Below are positions 1 through 10,043 of a stretch of 64,000 nucleotides of DNA, one piece after another. The notes beneath the pieces were generated by a model. That model was not told where the DNA came from. It saw nothing but the letters and a program-made list of their open reading frames with translations, and searched no databases. The stretch is from a virus: IMG/VR virus record IMGVR_UViG_3300025892_000012, positions 1-64,000 of that record; one strand, 5' to 3'. Both the position numbers and the translations under genes were made by a program. How positions within the stretch are numbered: position 1 is the stretch's first letter; the number at the start of each line of letters is the position of its first letter.

Positions 1-170
1 ATTGAACGATACTCTACAAAATATAAATAATATCCTAATTTTACATTTTTGTTTATTACATTATCTTCTAAAGTTTTCTTATCAAACTTACCCGCGGCAT
101 CTTCACTAAAAAAAGTACCTTCATCAACTAGTGTTGAATTTTCTTTTAAAAACCCTAAAAAGCTCTTCAT
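1..170 (-). CDS. Partial ORF (runs off window start); probable capsid-targeted internal head protein
   Basis: Reverse strand reads ATG at 170, MKSFLGFLKENSTLVDEGTFF..., open to the window edge. An AAGGAG RBS lies upstream. The N-terminus resembles T4 capsid-targeting sequences (MKTYQEFIAE type). Confidence 0.6.
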   Translation of the reverse strand, partial: MKSFLGFLKENSTLVDEGTFFSEDAAGKFDKKTLEDNVINKNVKLGYYLYFVEYRS

Positions 171-187
171 ATATAAAATCTCCTTGA

Positions 188-195
188 AATAAATA
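188..195 (+). promoter_or_regulatory. Candidate T4-type late promoter (AATAAATA) for terminase
   Basis: NATAAATA variant ~45 nt upstream of the gp17 ATG; AT-rich background lowers specificity. Confidence 0.4.
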
Positions 196-239
196 GATAG
201 ACAGTTTATATTATTTATTTAATTCTAAAATGGTGGTTT

Positions 240-1910
240 ATGTCAGTTCAACTTCAAAACTATAAAAACAATCCAAAGCTAAAAAGAGTTGGTCAAGATA
301 TTCCATTTGAAAGAACTCAAATTGAGGAATATATTAAATGTAAAAATGATGTGATTTATTTCTTAAATAATTATTTTCAGATTGTGACTATTGATAAAGG
401 TAAACAAATTATTAAATTATGGGATTATCAGGAGGACATAATAAATCTTGTTCACCAAAATAGAAATACAATTGTTTTGTCAGCAAGACAGATTTCTAAG
501 ACAACTACCGTATGTGGATATATTCTTCATTATATTCTATTCAATAGCTCAAAGAACGTTGCTATCCTTGCCAACTACACAAAGACTGCCAGAAAGAGTT
601 TAAGACTTATCAAGCAAGCATATGAACACATACCGCTATGGATGCAGCAAGGAATACTATCATGGAATGTCAACTCCATAGAATTAGAAAATGGGTGTAC
701 AGTGATGGTTTCGGCATCCACAGGGGATAGTATACGTGGTGAGACAATCAACCTACTGTATGTGGATGAGTGTGCTTTCGTAGATAACTTTGATATCTTT
801 TGGTCAGCTACTTATCCTACTATATCATCTGGTACATCTTCTAAAGTTGTAATGACATCCACACCAAAAGGATTAAATCATTTCTATAAATTTTGGACAG
901 AAGCGGAAGCTGGTGTAAATGATTTTATTCCATACAAAGTAATGTGGTATCAAAGACCAGATAGAGGTGAAGAATGGAAAAAGAAAACTGTTGCTCAATT
1001 TGGAGAAGAGAAATTTCTTGTAGAACATTGTTGTCAATTCTTAGGTAGTACAGCAACTTTAATTGCATCTACCAAACTTAAAGATATGGCAATTGAAAGA
1101 CCAGTTAAAGAGATTGATAATTTAAAAATCTACAGAAAAGTACAAGATGAACATAATTATGTGATTGTGGCGGATGTTTCAAAAGGTAGAGAGCAAGACT
1201 TTTCTGTATTTTCTGTAATTGATGTGTCAATGAAACCTTTTAAAGTGGTTGCGGTTTTTCGTGACAACACAATACAACCGATCATATATGCCAGAGTAAT
1301 TCATAATACAGCTTTAAAATATAATAAAGCATATATTTTAGTAGAAGAAAATAATATCGGTTCTCAAGTAACTGATGTATTATCTCAAGACTTAGAATAT
1401 GAAAATATGTTTACTACTGTAAAGAGAGACATGAAAACTACACTATCTAGTGGTTTCCATAAAAATGCTAAAATGGGTATTACCACAACAGCCAGAGTAA
1501 AAAGAATAGGTTGTTCTAATTTAAAAATGTTAATTGAAAAGGAACAATTGTTGGTTACTGATTCTGATACAATTGGAGAATTCTTAACATTTTCTGTTGA
1601 TGCAAAGTCAGGTTCGTACAAAGCCGAAAACGGAAAACATGATGATTGTATAATGACCTTAGTTTTATTTTCTTGGATGGTTGATGAAGAATATTTTAAA
1701 GAGTTATATGATAGTGATATACGTGAAAATTTAATGAAATATGTAGAAGAAAAAGAAAATGAAGAAAATTATTTACCTTTTGGATTTTTGAATGATGGTA
1801 TAGATGAATTTATATCTCCATCATTTGAAGAAGACACGCAACGAGAAGACATTGAAATACTTAAACAAAATAGATGGTTATTTGATGAGTTACCAAAACT
1901 TGAAAATTGA
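240..1910 (+). CDS. gp17: Terminase large subunit
   Basis: T4 gp17-type motifs: Walker A ARQISKTT, Walker B LLYVDECAF, STPKGLNHFY, nuclease ADVSKG..DFS and HDDCIM; sits immediately upstream of the sheath gene. Confidence 0.96.
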   Translation: MSVQLQNYKNNPKLKRVGQDIPFERTQIEEYIKCKNDVIYFLNNYFQIVTIDKGKQIIKLWDYQEDIINLVHQNRNTIVLSARQISKTTTVCGYILHYILFNSSKNVAILANYTKTARKSLRLIKQAYEHIPLWMQQGILSWNVNSIELENGCTVMVSASTGDSIRGETINLLYVDECAFVDNFDIFWSATYPTISSGTSSKVVMTSTPKGLNHFYKFWTEAEAGVNDFIPYKVMWYQRPDRGEEWKKKTVAQFGEEKFLVEHCCQFLGSTATLIASTKLKDMAIERPVKEIDNLKIYRKVQDEHNYVIVADVSKGREQDFSVFSVIDVSMKPFKVVAVFRDNTIQPIIYARVIHNTALKYNKAYILVEENNIGSQVTDVLSQDLEYENMFTTVKRDMKTTLSSGFHKNAKMGITTTARVKRIGCSNLKMLIEKEQLLVTDSDTIGEFLTFSVDAKSGSYKAENGKHDDCIMTLVLFSWMVDEEYFKELYDSDIRENLMKYVEEKENEENYLPFGFLNDGIDEFISPSFEEDTQREDIEILKQNRWLFDELPKLEN

Positions 1911-1916
1911 TAAATA
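1909..1916 (+). promoter_or_regulatory. Late promoter (GATAAATA) for tail sheath/tube
   Basis: NATAAATA at the gp17 stop, upstream of gp18. Confidence 0.55.
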
Positions 1917-1999
1917 TTTTTAAATAAAAAATTCAATAATTATAATTTATTTTTTGATGTAATTTTTATACGTAACACGCATCATAAAAAGGATATAAC

Positions 2000-4411
2000 A
2001 TGGCTGATTTCACACTATCACCGGGAATTGTTACTAATGAGATTGACAATTCAGTCCGTCAAGTTGTTGTTCCTCAAACTAGCGTAGCAGGTGTAATAGG
2101 AAGATATTCTTGGGGTCCTGCAATGATCCCTACTATGGTTCATTCAGAATCAGAACTTGCTTTAGAATTTGGGAAGCCAACATCTAATAATTATATTGAA
2201 TGGTTTAATGGTAAAAACTTTTTAGAGTATGGTGATAACTTAAACGTTGTTCGTTTGATTGATAACGATACTGCAAAGAACGCTACATTTTCAGGAAGTC
2301 CAACGTTAGTAAAAAATGACGAGGATTATCTAGATAAACTTATAATAGAAGAAGGTGGATTAAGTGATGGAACAGGAGTAGGTCCTAACTTCGGAGCTAC
2401 GAATGCTCATGGTTCTTGGGTTGCAAGATATCCAGGAATATTAGGAAATACACTCAAAGTAGATATGTGCTTTGCTACAGAAAGAGCATATAATGTAGGT
2501 TTAGCAAATGCAGGAGTAGCGAATTTAAATCAATTAGAATTTGAATCTGACCCAGAGATTGCTGGAAAATATAAAGTGAAATTTGCTCATAATAATGAAA
2601 TAGATGATCCAACATACTTTGATTTTATGAATTCAACTACTGGTTATTTTGCAGAAGATTTAACTGTAGTAGAGCAACAAAAGGTAGTATCAATTACTCT
2701 ACAATCTAATACTTATAATTTATTAATTGAAAGTATTGATACCGGAACTAAAACTGTTAATGCATACGTAACAGTTGGAAATACTACAGCACCAGCAACA
2801 ACTGTATTTGATCCTGTAAACTACGTGACAACTGCAACAGTTAAAGAAAGGTCAAGATTTAGAGAATTTTCTGTTAGTGCTAGAAGAAATTCTCCAGATA
2901 ACTTGATGGGTATGGTTTACTTCTCCAATAACACCAATATACTAAATGGTGTAGGTACTGTTTTCACAAAACAAATTTCTGTTGGTGATTTGATTACAGT
3001 GCAAGGACAAACACTAAGAGTTACTGAAGTTGTATCAAATATAGAATTAAAACTACATGCCAATTTAATTGGATTAGTCTCTTCATCAAGTCCTGTACCT
3101 TGGTATCGTTCTTGGAGATATGCAGAATTGTTCACTGGTGAACCAGCAACATCAAATAGTATACGAGCATTGAATAGTGACCCAAATGGTAATTTTAACG
3201 ATCAAATGCATATGGTTGTTGTAGATAATCATGGTCAAATTACGGGTACTATGGGAGAGGTTATTGAAAGTTATTCATTTTTATCAGTTGCTATTGATGG
3301 AGTGGATGATTATGGAGTACCTACCTATTACGTAGGGAGAGTAAATAGTAATTCGGAATGGGTAAAATGGGCAAATCATCCAATAAATGATGGTATAAAT
3401 CCTTCAAATTGGGGAAGTTCTGCTCTGAGTACAATATTCAATACATATCATCTCAATTCAAGCAAAACTTCTTCTACATTTAGTGGTGGTACAAATGGAA
3501 GTTCTGTAGGAAATGATGATTTAATTGCTGCTATTGAATTATTTAAAGCAAAAGAATCTTGGGAATTAGACTTTTTCCTCACAGGATGGACATACGATTT
3601 AGGTAATCCATTGAACTATCATTTAGCTATTTCTAAAATGATACAAGTTGCAGAAGATAGAAAAGATTGTGTAGTTTGTGTATCACCGGAATATGGTGCT
3701 ACTGCAAGAGGAGAATCAGACCCACAAAAAATTACAGATAAAATAATACAGTGGAGAGATGCTGTATATGATAGTTCTTATGGAATTATGGATGGTAACT
3801 TTAAGTACCAATATGACGGTTACTCAGATACTTATAGATGGCTACCATTGTCTGGTGATATGGCAGGATTGATGGCACTTACAGATTTAAATTTCAAACC
3901 TTGGTATTCACCAGCTGGAACAACAAGAGGTTCCATAAAAAATGTTGTAAAATTAGCTTATAATCCAGCACCAGTACATCGTGACGATTTGTATATTAAT
4001 CAAATTAATCCAGTAGTTACCTTCAGAGGTGAAGGAACTATTTTATATGGTGATAAAACATTACAACGAATTCCAAGTGCATTTGATAGAATTAATGTGA
4101 GAAGATTGTTCATCACATTAAAAGAATTTGTAATAGCTCAAGCAAGGAGAAGATTATTTGAATTTAATACCCCAACTACCCGTGCAGAATTTGCAAGAGT
4201 AGCCGAGAAGTATATGGAAACTGTAGTTGCAGACCAAGGTGCTTCTGATTTCCGCGTTGTCTGTGATGAAACTAATAATACTGACGATATTATTGAAGCA
4301 AATCGTTTTGTTGCTGATTTATATGTAAAACCAACATATGTAATTAACTTTATTAAATTAAACTTCACAGCAGTCGGCCAGTCTGTAGATTTTACTGACC
4401 TAGGCGTATAA
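2000..4411 (+). CDS. gp18: Contractile tail sheath protein (with central insertion)
   Basis: LSPGIVTNEID, WGP, ARYPGILGN, WYSPAG..RG, LYGDKT, FDRINVRRLF, FEFN, INFIKLNF. Confidence 0.96.
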   Translation: MADFTLSPGIVTNEIDNSVRQVVVPQTSVAGVIGRYSWGPAMIPTMVHSESELALEFGKPTSNNYIEWFNGKNFLEYGDNLNVVRLIDNDTAKNATFSGSPTLVKNDEDYLDKLIIEEGGLSDGTGVGPNFGATNAHGSWVARYPGILGNTLKVDMCFATERAYNVGLANAGVANLNQLEFESDPEIAGKYKVKFAHNNEIDDPTYFDFMNSTTGYFAEDLTVVEQQKVVSITLQSNTYNLLIESIDTGTKTVNAYVTVGNTTAPATTVFDPVNYVTTATVKERSRFREFSVSARRNSPDNLMGMVYFSNNTNILNGVGTVFTKQISVGDLITVQGQTLRVTEVVSNIELKLHANLIGLVSSSSPVPWYRSWRYAELFTGEPATSNSIRALNSDPNGNFNDQMHMVVVDNHGQITGTMGEVIESYSFLSVAIDGVDDYGVPTYYVGRVNSNSEWVKWANHPINDGINPSNWGSSALSTIFNTYHLNSSKTSSTFSGGTNGSSVGNDDLIAAIELFKAKESWELDFFLTGWTYDLGNPLNYHLAISKMIQVAEDRKDCVVCVSPEYGATARGESDPQKITDKIIQWRDAVYDSSYGIMDGNFKYQYDGYSDTYRWLPLSGDMAGLMALTDLNFKPWYSPAGTTRGSIKNVVKLAYNPAPVHRDDLYINQINPVVTFRGEGTILYGDKTLQRIPSAFDRINVRRLFITLKEFVIAQARRRLFEFNTPTTRAEFARVAEKYMETVVADQGASDFRVVCDETNNTDDIIEANRFVADLYVKPTYVINFIKLNFTAVGQSVDFTDLGV

Positions 4412-4419
4412 AAAATAAC

Positions 4420-4442
4420 GGACGCCTAGCGTCCACTTTTTT
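4420..4442 (+). terminator. Hairpin plus U-tract between gp18 and gp19
   Basis: GGACGC-CTA-GCGTCC followed by ACTTTTTT. Confidence 0.5.
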
Positions 4443-4454
4443 CAAAGGAGAAAA

Positions 4455-5135
4455 ATGGGAATCAGTGTAACCGCATTACGAAATAAATTACAGCAGGGTG
4501 GTGCTAGACCATCTTTGTTTTATAGCAAAATAAATTTTCCAACATCAGCGCAAGAATCGCTGCAATCCCTGATTGTTGAAGGATCGGGATTAAAAACAAA
4601 TGATATATCATTTTTTATTAAAACAGCGCAGATACCGGAATCAACAATCAATAGTGTTCCTATTAATTTTTTAGGAAGAGAATTTAAAGTCCCTTCTATT
4701 GATAGAACGTTTGCTGATTGGACAGTAACTATTATTAATGATGAAGATTATAGAATTCGTCATGTATTTGAAGCTTGGATTGAATACATGGCGCCAGGCA
4801 AAGCAATCTTTGAATCCAAAACTGCTTTTGGAAACTCATCAACAATTTTTGGTGACTTAGAAGTTCATCAGTTGAAAAAACAGGGTACGGTTGCTACAGG
4901 AGCAATTCCAGGTGGTGAATATAGTGCATCTTATTATTTTAAAGACGCATTTCCAATCAATATTAGTGCTATAGATTTAAGCTGGGACACTAAAGATACT
5001 ATAGAGGAATTTTCTGTTACATTCTCTTATCAATATTGGGAAAAACTACCGAACGAAGCACCAACTGACAATCCTTTTAATCCTTCGGGAGACAGTGACC
5101 TTGAAGAAGCTAAAGGGTGGGTTCAGGCTAGTTAA
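4455..5135 (+). CDS. gp19: Tail tube protein
   Basis: GGARPSLF, GREFKVP..RTFADWTVTIINDED, FPINISAIDLSWD, IEEFSVTFSYQYW. Confidence 0.95.
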   Translation: MGISVTALRNKLQQGGARPSLFYSKINFPTSAQESLQSLIVEGSGLKTNDISFFIKTAQIPESTINSVPINFLGREFKVPSIDRTFADWTVTIINDEDYRIRHVFEAWIEYMAPGKAIFESKTAFGNSSTIFGDLEVHQLKKQGTVATGAIPGGEYSASYYFKDAFPINISAIDLSWDTKDTIEEFSVTFSYQYWEKLPNEAPTDNPFNPSGDSDLEEAKGWVQAS

Positions 5136-5162
5136 TATAATTAATTATTTGTTTTTTTTCTT

Positions 5163-5196
5163 AAAACCCACACCTTAATAAGTGTGGGTTTTTTTA
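5163..5196 (+). terminator. Rho-independent terminator after gp19
   Basis: AAAACCCACAC-CTTAATAA-GTGTGGGTTTT plus T-run. Confidence 0.85.
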
Positions 5197-5214
5197 TTTT
5201 TAAAAATTGTGATT

Positions 5215-5222
5215 GATAAATA
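5215..5222 (+). promoter_or_regulatory. Late promoter (GATAAATA) for portal operon
   Basis: NATAAATA just after the terminator and before the AAGGAG RBS of gp20. Confidence 0.6.
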
Positions 5223-5263
5223 AATGATACACTTAGTTTAATTTATCAAAGGAGTTTAACTTC

Positions 5264-6967
5264 ATGGCTACATTATTTGGATGGAAATTTGAGGAACAGC
5301 AAGAAAAAGAAAATGAAAATATTCAATCTTTTTCACCTCCTGAATTTGATGACGGTTCTGCTGTTGTAGGAGCAGCCGGCGTATACGGTACGTATCTAAA
5401 CCTAGATAGTACATTTAACAATGAATTTGATTTGATGGCTAGATATCGCTCAATGTCTATGCAACCAGAATGTGAAATTGCTATTGATGAAATAGTAAAT
5501 GAATCAATAGTTTCTGGAAGAAAAACTTATCCTGTAAATATTGAACTTGATTATCTAAATTTTTCTCAACTATTAAGAGATAAAATAGGAGATGAGTTTT
5601 ATAATATTTTAGATAAATTAAATTTTAAATACGCCGGATTTGAAATTTTTAGAAAGTGGTTTATAGATGGTAGAATATTCTATCATGTTCTTATAGATAC
5701 TAAAAATCCACAAAAAGGTATAGTAGAGCTAAGACCTATAGACCCATTTAAAATAAAAAAGATACGAGAAAGACAAAAGACTGATAATGAAGAAAGTGTT
5801 CGTATAGGAATGGATGAAATACCGATAAATCAAAAATTTAATGAATATTATTTATATTCAGAAACTGGAGTTTTTAATGTAGAAAACGATGGTACTAATG
5901 TAGGTGGAGAGAGAAGTAATATTTTAAAAATAGCATCGGATTCAATTGTATATACAAACAGCGGTTTATTAGATGAAAGACGAAAAAATGTAATTTCTTA
6001 TCTTCATAAAGCATTTCGTCCATTAAATCAAATACGAATGTTAGAAGATTCGGCTATTATATACAGATTAAGCCGTGCGCCATCCAGAAGAGTGTTTTAT
6101 GTTGATGTTGGTAATTTACCAAAAGCAAAAGCCGAACAATACATGCACTCACTGATGAATCAGTATCGCAACAAGATGGTTTATGACAGTAAGACCGGTC
6201 AACTAAGAGATGACCGCAAGTTTCAAGCAATGCTTGAAGACTACTGGATGCCTCGGAGAAATGGCTCGGCAACCACGGAGATTGACACTTTACAGGGAAG
6301 TGAAGCTAATTTTACACAATTAGATGAATTAGAATTTTTTCAAAGACAATTATTCCGTTCTTTAAATGTACCAATTTCTAGAATGCAACCAGAAAGCGGA
6401 TTTTCATTAGGTAGAGCAAGCGAAATTTCTAGAGAAGAATATAAATTTTTAAGATTTATAGAAAGATTACGAGTACGTTTTTCCGGTTTATTTTTGGATT
6501 TATTAAAGAGACAATTAATTTTAAAGAATATTATTTCTTTAAAACAATGGGAAGAAATTAAAGACGAAATTCATTTTATTTACGACCAAGATAGCAATTT
6601 TAATGCTCTTAAAAATTTAGAATTACTAACAGAAAAAATGAATGTTTTGAGAGATGCTGAAGAATATAGAGGAAAGTATTTCTCAGCAAATTATATACGT
6701 AAAAATATATTAGCACTTAATGATGATGATATTGAACGTATAGAAGAAGAAATTGAAGAAGAAAAATATGACCAAAGATTTGCACCACAAGAAGGTGAAC
6801 CTGGACTTGGAGGTGGATTCGGAGGTTTAGGAGGACCTGATTTAGGAATGGGTGGTTTGGGAGGTTTAACACCGGGTACACCCGAGCCGACAGCAGGTGG
6901 AATGATTAATGATTTGGGTGGCGCAGAAACACCACCGACTACTACACCAACAACTGGAGAATTATAA
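5264..6967 (+). CDS. gp20: Portal vertex protein
   Basis: YRSM..PECEIAIDEIVNE, RKWFIDGRI, SYLHKA, IYRLSRAPSRRVFYVDVGNLPK.KAEQY, LEDYWMPRR; Gly/Pro-rich C-terminal tail. Confidence 0.97.
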   Translation: MATLFGWKFEEQQEKENENIQSFSPPEFDDGSAVVGAAGVYGTYLNLDSTFNNEFDLMARYRSMSMQPECEIAIDEIVNESIVSGRKTYPVNIELDYLNFSQLLRDKIGDEFYNILDKLNFKYAGFEIFRKWFIDGRIFYHVLIDTKNPQKGIVELRPIDPFKIKKIRERQKTDNEESVRIGMDEIPINQKFNEYYLYSETGVFNVENDGTNVGGERSNILKIASDSIVYTNSGLLDERRKNVISYLHKAFRPLNQIRMLEDSAIIYRLSRAPSRRVFYVDVGNLPKAKAEQYMHSLMNQYRNKMVYDSKTGQLRDDRKFQAMLEDYWMPRRNGSATTEIDTLQGSEANFTQLDELEFFQRQLFRSLNVPISRMQPESGFSLGRASEISREEYKFLRFIERLRVRFSGLFLDLLKRQLILKNIISLKQWEEIKDEIHFIYDQDSNFNALKNLELLTEKMNVLRDAEEYRGKYFSANYIRKNILALNDDDIERIEEEIEEEKYDQRFAPQEGEPGLGGGFGGLGGPDLGMGGLGGLTPGTPEPTAGGMINDLGGAETPPTTTPTTGEL

Positions 6968-7191
6968 TGGAAAATCTATCAAAAGAAATGATAAAAAGTA
7001 TTAATGACGGTGATATGAACAAGACAAAAGAAAACTTTGAGCAGATGATTGCTAATAAAATTTATGATAAATTAGAAGATAAAAAAATAGAATTATCTAA
7101 CAGTATTTTTAATAAAGAACCCTCGCATGAAGAACCAAAACAAACAACAGAACCCGTATCAGAGCCTGAAGTCGCAAGTGCAGAAGAATAA
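6967..7191 (+). CDS. gp67: Prohead core protein (gp67-like)
   Basis: Small acidic helical ORF overlapping the gp20 stop, in the T4 gp67 position. Confidence 0.7.
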   Translation: MENLSKEMIKSINDGDMNKTKENFEQMIANKIYDKLEDKKIELSNSIFNKEPSHEEPKQTTEPVSEPEVASAEE

Positions 7192-9160
7192 TTTATTATC
7201 AGACATAATAAAAGAAAATTACGAAAATTACTATATTAATTCAGGTGTCAATCTTTTATTACTAGAAAGGTCTTTTATAGATGATGCTATAGATAAAATC
7301 ACTGCTGGTGCTAAATCAGCAGGTAAAGGATTAACTAATAAAGCCTATGCTAAAGTGCGTTCTCTTGCTCCTACTAAAAAGGGCAAACGCTTACGAATAT
7401 CAAATAAGTATCAAAAAGAATTTAATAAAAATACAAAAGAGATTGAAGATTTAAGCTATGATTTAGCTGAATTAGAAGATAATTTAGATGATATGGATAC
7501 AGATTCTTTTGAATTCAAAAGAACAGAAAAGAAATTTAACTCTATAAAAACCCGCATGAAAGAGTTAGGAGATAGAAATTCTAAATTGAGTAAATTTATA
7601 ATTTCACAACCTATAATATTTGATGCAGGTGAATCCAAAGGAAAGGGAACTGCAGAATATGCTCCTACTAAATCTGATCCAATTTTAAAAAAATTAAGAG
7701 ACCATTATTTAAATATTACATTAAAACATAGCACTGCTCTTGCTAAACTTTCACCTAATCATAATACTGTAAAATACTTAGAGAATGAAAAGAAAAAGGC
7801 GGAACAAAAACTTTATGACCGTGGATATCCAAGAATGGATGAGAATGTAGAATATGAAAATAATTCAAATTATCTTTTAGAAGGTTGGAGAGAAAGATTT
7901 GAATTTAATGTAAAAAATTATGCATCTTCATTTAAAGACTCTTTGTCTAAGGGCGGAACGATACCAAGAAATGATGATAATAAAAATAACTATGATGATA
8001 TTTTTTCTGCTTTGAAAAATCAGAAAAACTTAATGCCTGAATTTAATAATAAGAATTTGAGAACAATAGGCGAATCTATATTAAAGAGCAAAAATGAAAC
8101 CAAAAGATTTAATACAGCTAAAGAAGTTTACAATGAATTAGAAAATTTTCAAAAAAATATTCTATCTCAAAAAAGAATATCTCTTGACAACATAAAATTA
8201 AATCCAGCGGCATTGTTTCAAATGCATGTTATGTATTATCATTATGCAATAAGTTTATCTTCACTAGCTGAATTAGTTAAAAAAGACCCTGATTTAATTT
8301 TAGCTGTAGGTGAATTTTCAAATGTTCTTGATACACGTTCAAAATCAATAGTTTCTAAAGAAAATTTACTTAGTTTAATTCAAGAGATGTATAGTTTGTA
8401 TCATTTTTTAATGGATAAAAATAAATTAAAATATGATGATTTCAGCGCAAGTATAAAAAAATATAATAAAGATATTGTTAAATTATATAATTATATTCAT
8501 GGCTCCACTCATGAAAAACTTGAAGAAATATCCGAAACTCAGAAACATATAGAAATAAAGCCAGAACCTAAAAAAATAGAAAATAAATCAGAGAACTTAC
8601 CAGTAACTACTAGTAAAGCCATAGATTCAAAGAGATTATCAGCTATGATGTCACAATTTTCAGATAAAAAAAGAAAAAAAATAGTAGACCTTTTAAATAA
8701 TTTTGTAACATCTGTTGGAGAAGACGACCCAAGTATAGGAAAAAAAGTAGAAAAATTTGTATCATCTAGTGAGCAACTATTTAAAAATATGGAAATTAAA
8801 GAAGATGTTAATTTAGGTGAAGGTAGTTCACTATCGGAAAAAAAGTTATTTCAAGAAATTGTAGAAGGATTTGCTCATGTAAGATGGAGAAGAAATCCTA
8901 GAACTAAACTTGATAAAATTGTAATGACATGCAAATCGGATGAATATAAAAAACCTCTAAATAGAGAAATATCGGTAGCAGGCAAAAAAGTTAAAGAAGT
9001 TATGTGTTTACCAAAGAGTACTAAGCCCGCTAAACAAAAAGAAAAGGACCGTAAATCTTCTCTAAAAAGATGGAGAAAAATTAAATCAAATCCTGGTAAA
9101 ATGAGAAGAATGTTCGTTAAACGTAAAATGACCAAAGCACGGTCTAAAACTTTAAGATAG
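7127..9160 (+). CDS. Large Lys-rich protein in the gp68 slot (possible prohead core/internal polyprotein); true start may be GTG 7178
   Basis: Synteny between gp67 and gp21. The very basic C-terminus (RKSSLKRWRK...KRKMTKARSKTLR) resembles gp68. Several (L/I)xE sites. Confidence 0.55.
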   Translation: MKNQNKQQNPYQSLKSQVQKNNLLSDIIKENYENYYINSGVNLLLLERSFIDDAIDKITAGAKSAGKGLTNKAYAKVRSLAPTKKGKRLRISNKYQKEFNKNTKEIEDLSYDLAELEDNLDDMDTDSFEFKRTEKKFNSIKTRMKELGDRNSKLSKFIISQPIIFDAGESKGKGTAEYAPTKSDPILKKLRDHYLNITLKHSTALAKLSPNHNTVKYLENEKKKAEQKLYDRGYPRMDENVEYENNSNYLLEGWRERFEFNVKNYASSFKDSLSKGGTIPRNDDNKNNYDDIFSALKNQKNLMPEFNNKNLRTIGESILKSKNETKRFNTAKEVYNELENFQKNILSQKRISLDNIKLNPAALFQMHVMYYHYAISLSSLAELVKKDPDLILAVGEFSNVLDTRSKSIVSKENLLSLIQEMYSLYHFLMDKNKLKYDDFSASIKKYNKDIVKLYNYIHGSTHEKLEEISETQKHIEIKPEPKKIENKSENLPVTTSKAIDSKRLSAMMSQFSDKKRKKIVDLLNNFVTSVGEDDPSIGKKVEKFVSSSEQLFKNMEIKEDVNLGEGSSLSEKKLFQEIVEGFAHVRWRRNPRTKLDKIVMTCKSDEYKKPLNREISVAGKKVKEVMCLPKSTKPAKQKEKDRKSSLKRWRKIKSNPGKMRRMFVKRKMTKARSKTLR

Positions 9161-9168
9161 GAGAATAA

Positions 9169-10038
9169 ATGAAATTACTTGTAGAAAGTTCAGATAATAT
9201 TCAAACTATTACTGAAGAATCGGAAAGTGGAGGTAGAACTCATTTTTTGTCCGGAATATTCATGCAAGCCGAAGAAACAAATAAAAATGGTAGAATGTAT
9301 ACCTTGCCGATTTTAGAAAAAGAAACTAAAAGATATGTTGAGGAAAAGGTAAATTCTCAGAGAGCATTGGGAGAATTGAATCACCCTGCAGACCCCACCG
9401 TAAACCTTGAAAGAGTATCACATATGGTTACGGAACTTAACGTAGATGGTAATCATATTTTAGGTAAAGCAAAGGTATTGGATACACCATGCGGTAATAT
9501 TGTACGTGGTCTTGTTGATGGAGGTGTAAAACTCGGAGTGTCATCAAGAGGAGTTGGTTCACTAACACAACAAGAAGGATATTCTTTAGTTGGTGAAGAT
9601 TTTCAATTGGCAGCAATTGATGTAGTATATGATCCTTCGGCTCCTAAAGCATTTGTTGATATGGTTATGGAATCTGTTGATTGGATATGGAATGAAGACA
9701 CTAAGAGTTTTTTGAAAAAAGAAGCTCAAGTAAATGAAGAAAAAAATGTATCTACAAATCCTATGCCTTGGTTTGATACATTAGTAGAAATGAAGACCGA
9801 AATTAAAACAATGCAAGATAAAATTTTTGTTCTTATGAACGAAAATAAAGAGATGAAAACTTTACTTCAAAATAAAGTAAATTCACAAGTTCGTCAAAAA
9901 GAAGTGAAACTTGAAAAACTTTTAGAAGATACAAAGAATGCAATTGAATTAAGTGTTAAAGAGAAGTTGAGAGAACGCAGAGAACATGAAACTCTTAAAA
10001 TTTTTGATAACTTCTTGAAAGAAATCGCTAAAAATTAA
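9169..10038 (+). CDS. gp21: Prohead core scaffold protease
   Basis: GIFMQAE..NKNGRMY, ALGELNHP, VSHM, LGVSSRGVGSL, DVVYDPSAPKAFV; C-terminal coiled-coil extension. Confidence 0.95.
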   Translation: MKLLVESSDNIQTITEESESGGRTHFLSGIFMQAEETNKNGRMYTLPILEKETKRYVEEKVNSQRALGELNHPADPTVNLERVSHMVTELNVDGNHILGKAKVLDTPCGNIVRGLVDGGVKLGVSSRGVGSLTQQEGYSLVGEDFQLAAIDVVYDPSAPKAFVDMVMESVDWIWNEDTKSFLKKEAQVNEEKNVSTNPMPWFDTLVEMKTEIKTMQDKIFVLMNENKEMKTLLQNKVNSQVRQKEVKLEKLLEDTKNAIELSVKEKLRERREHETLKIFDNFLKEIAKN

Positions 10039-10043
10039 AATAA

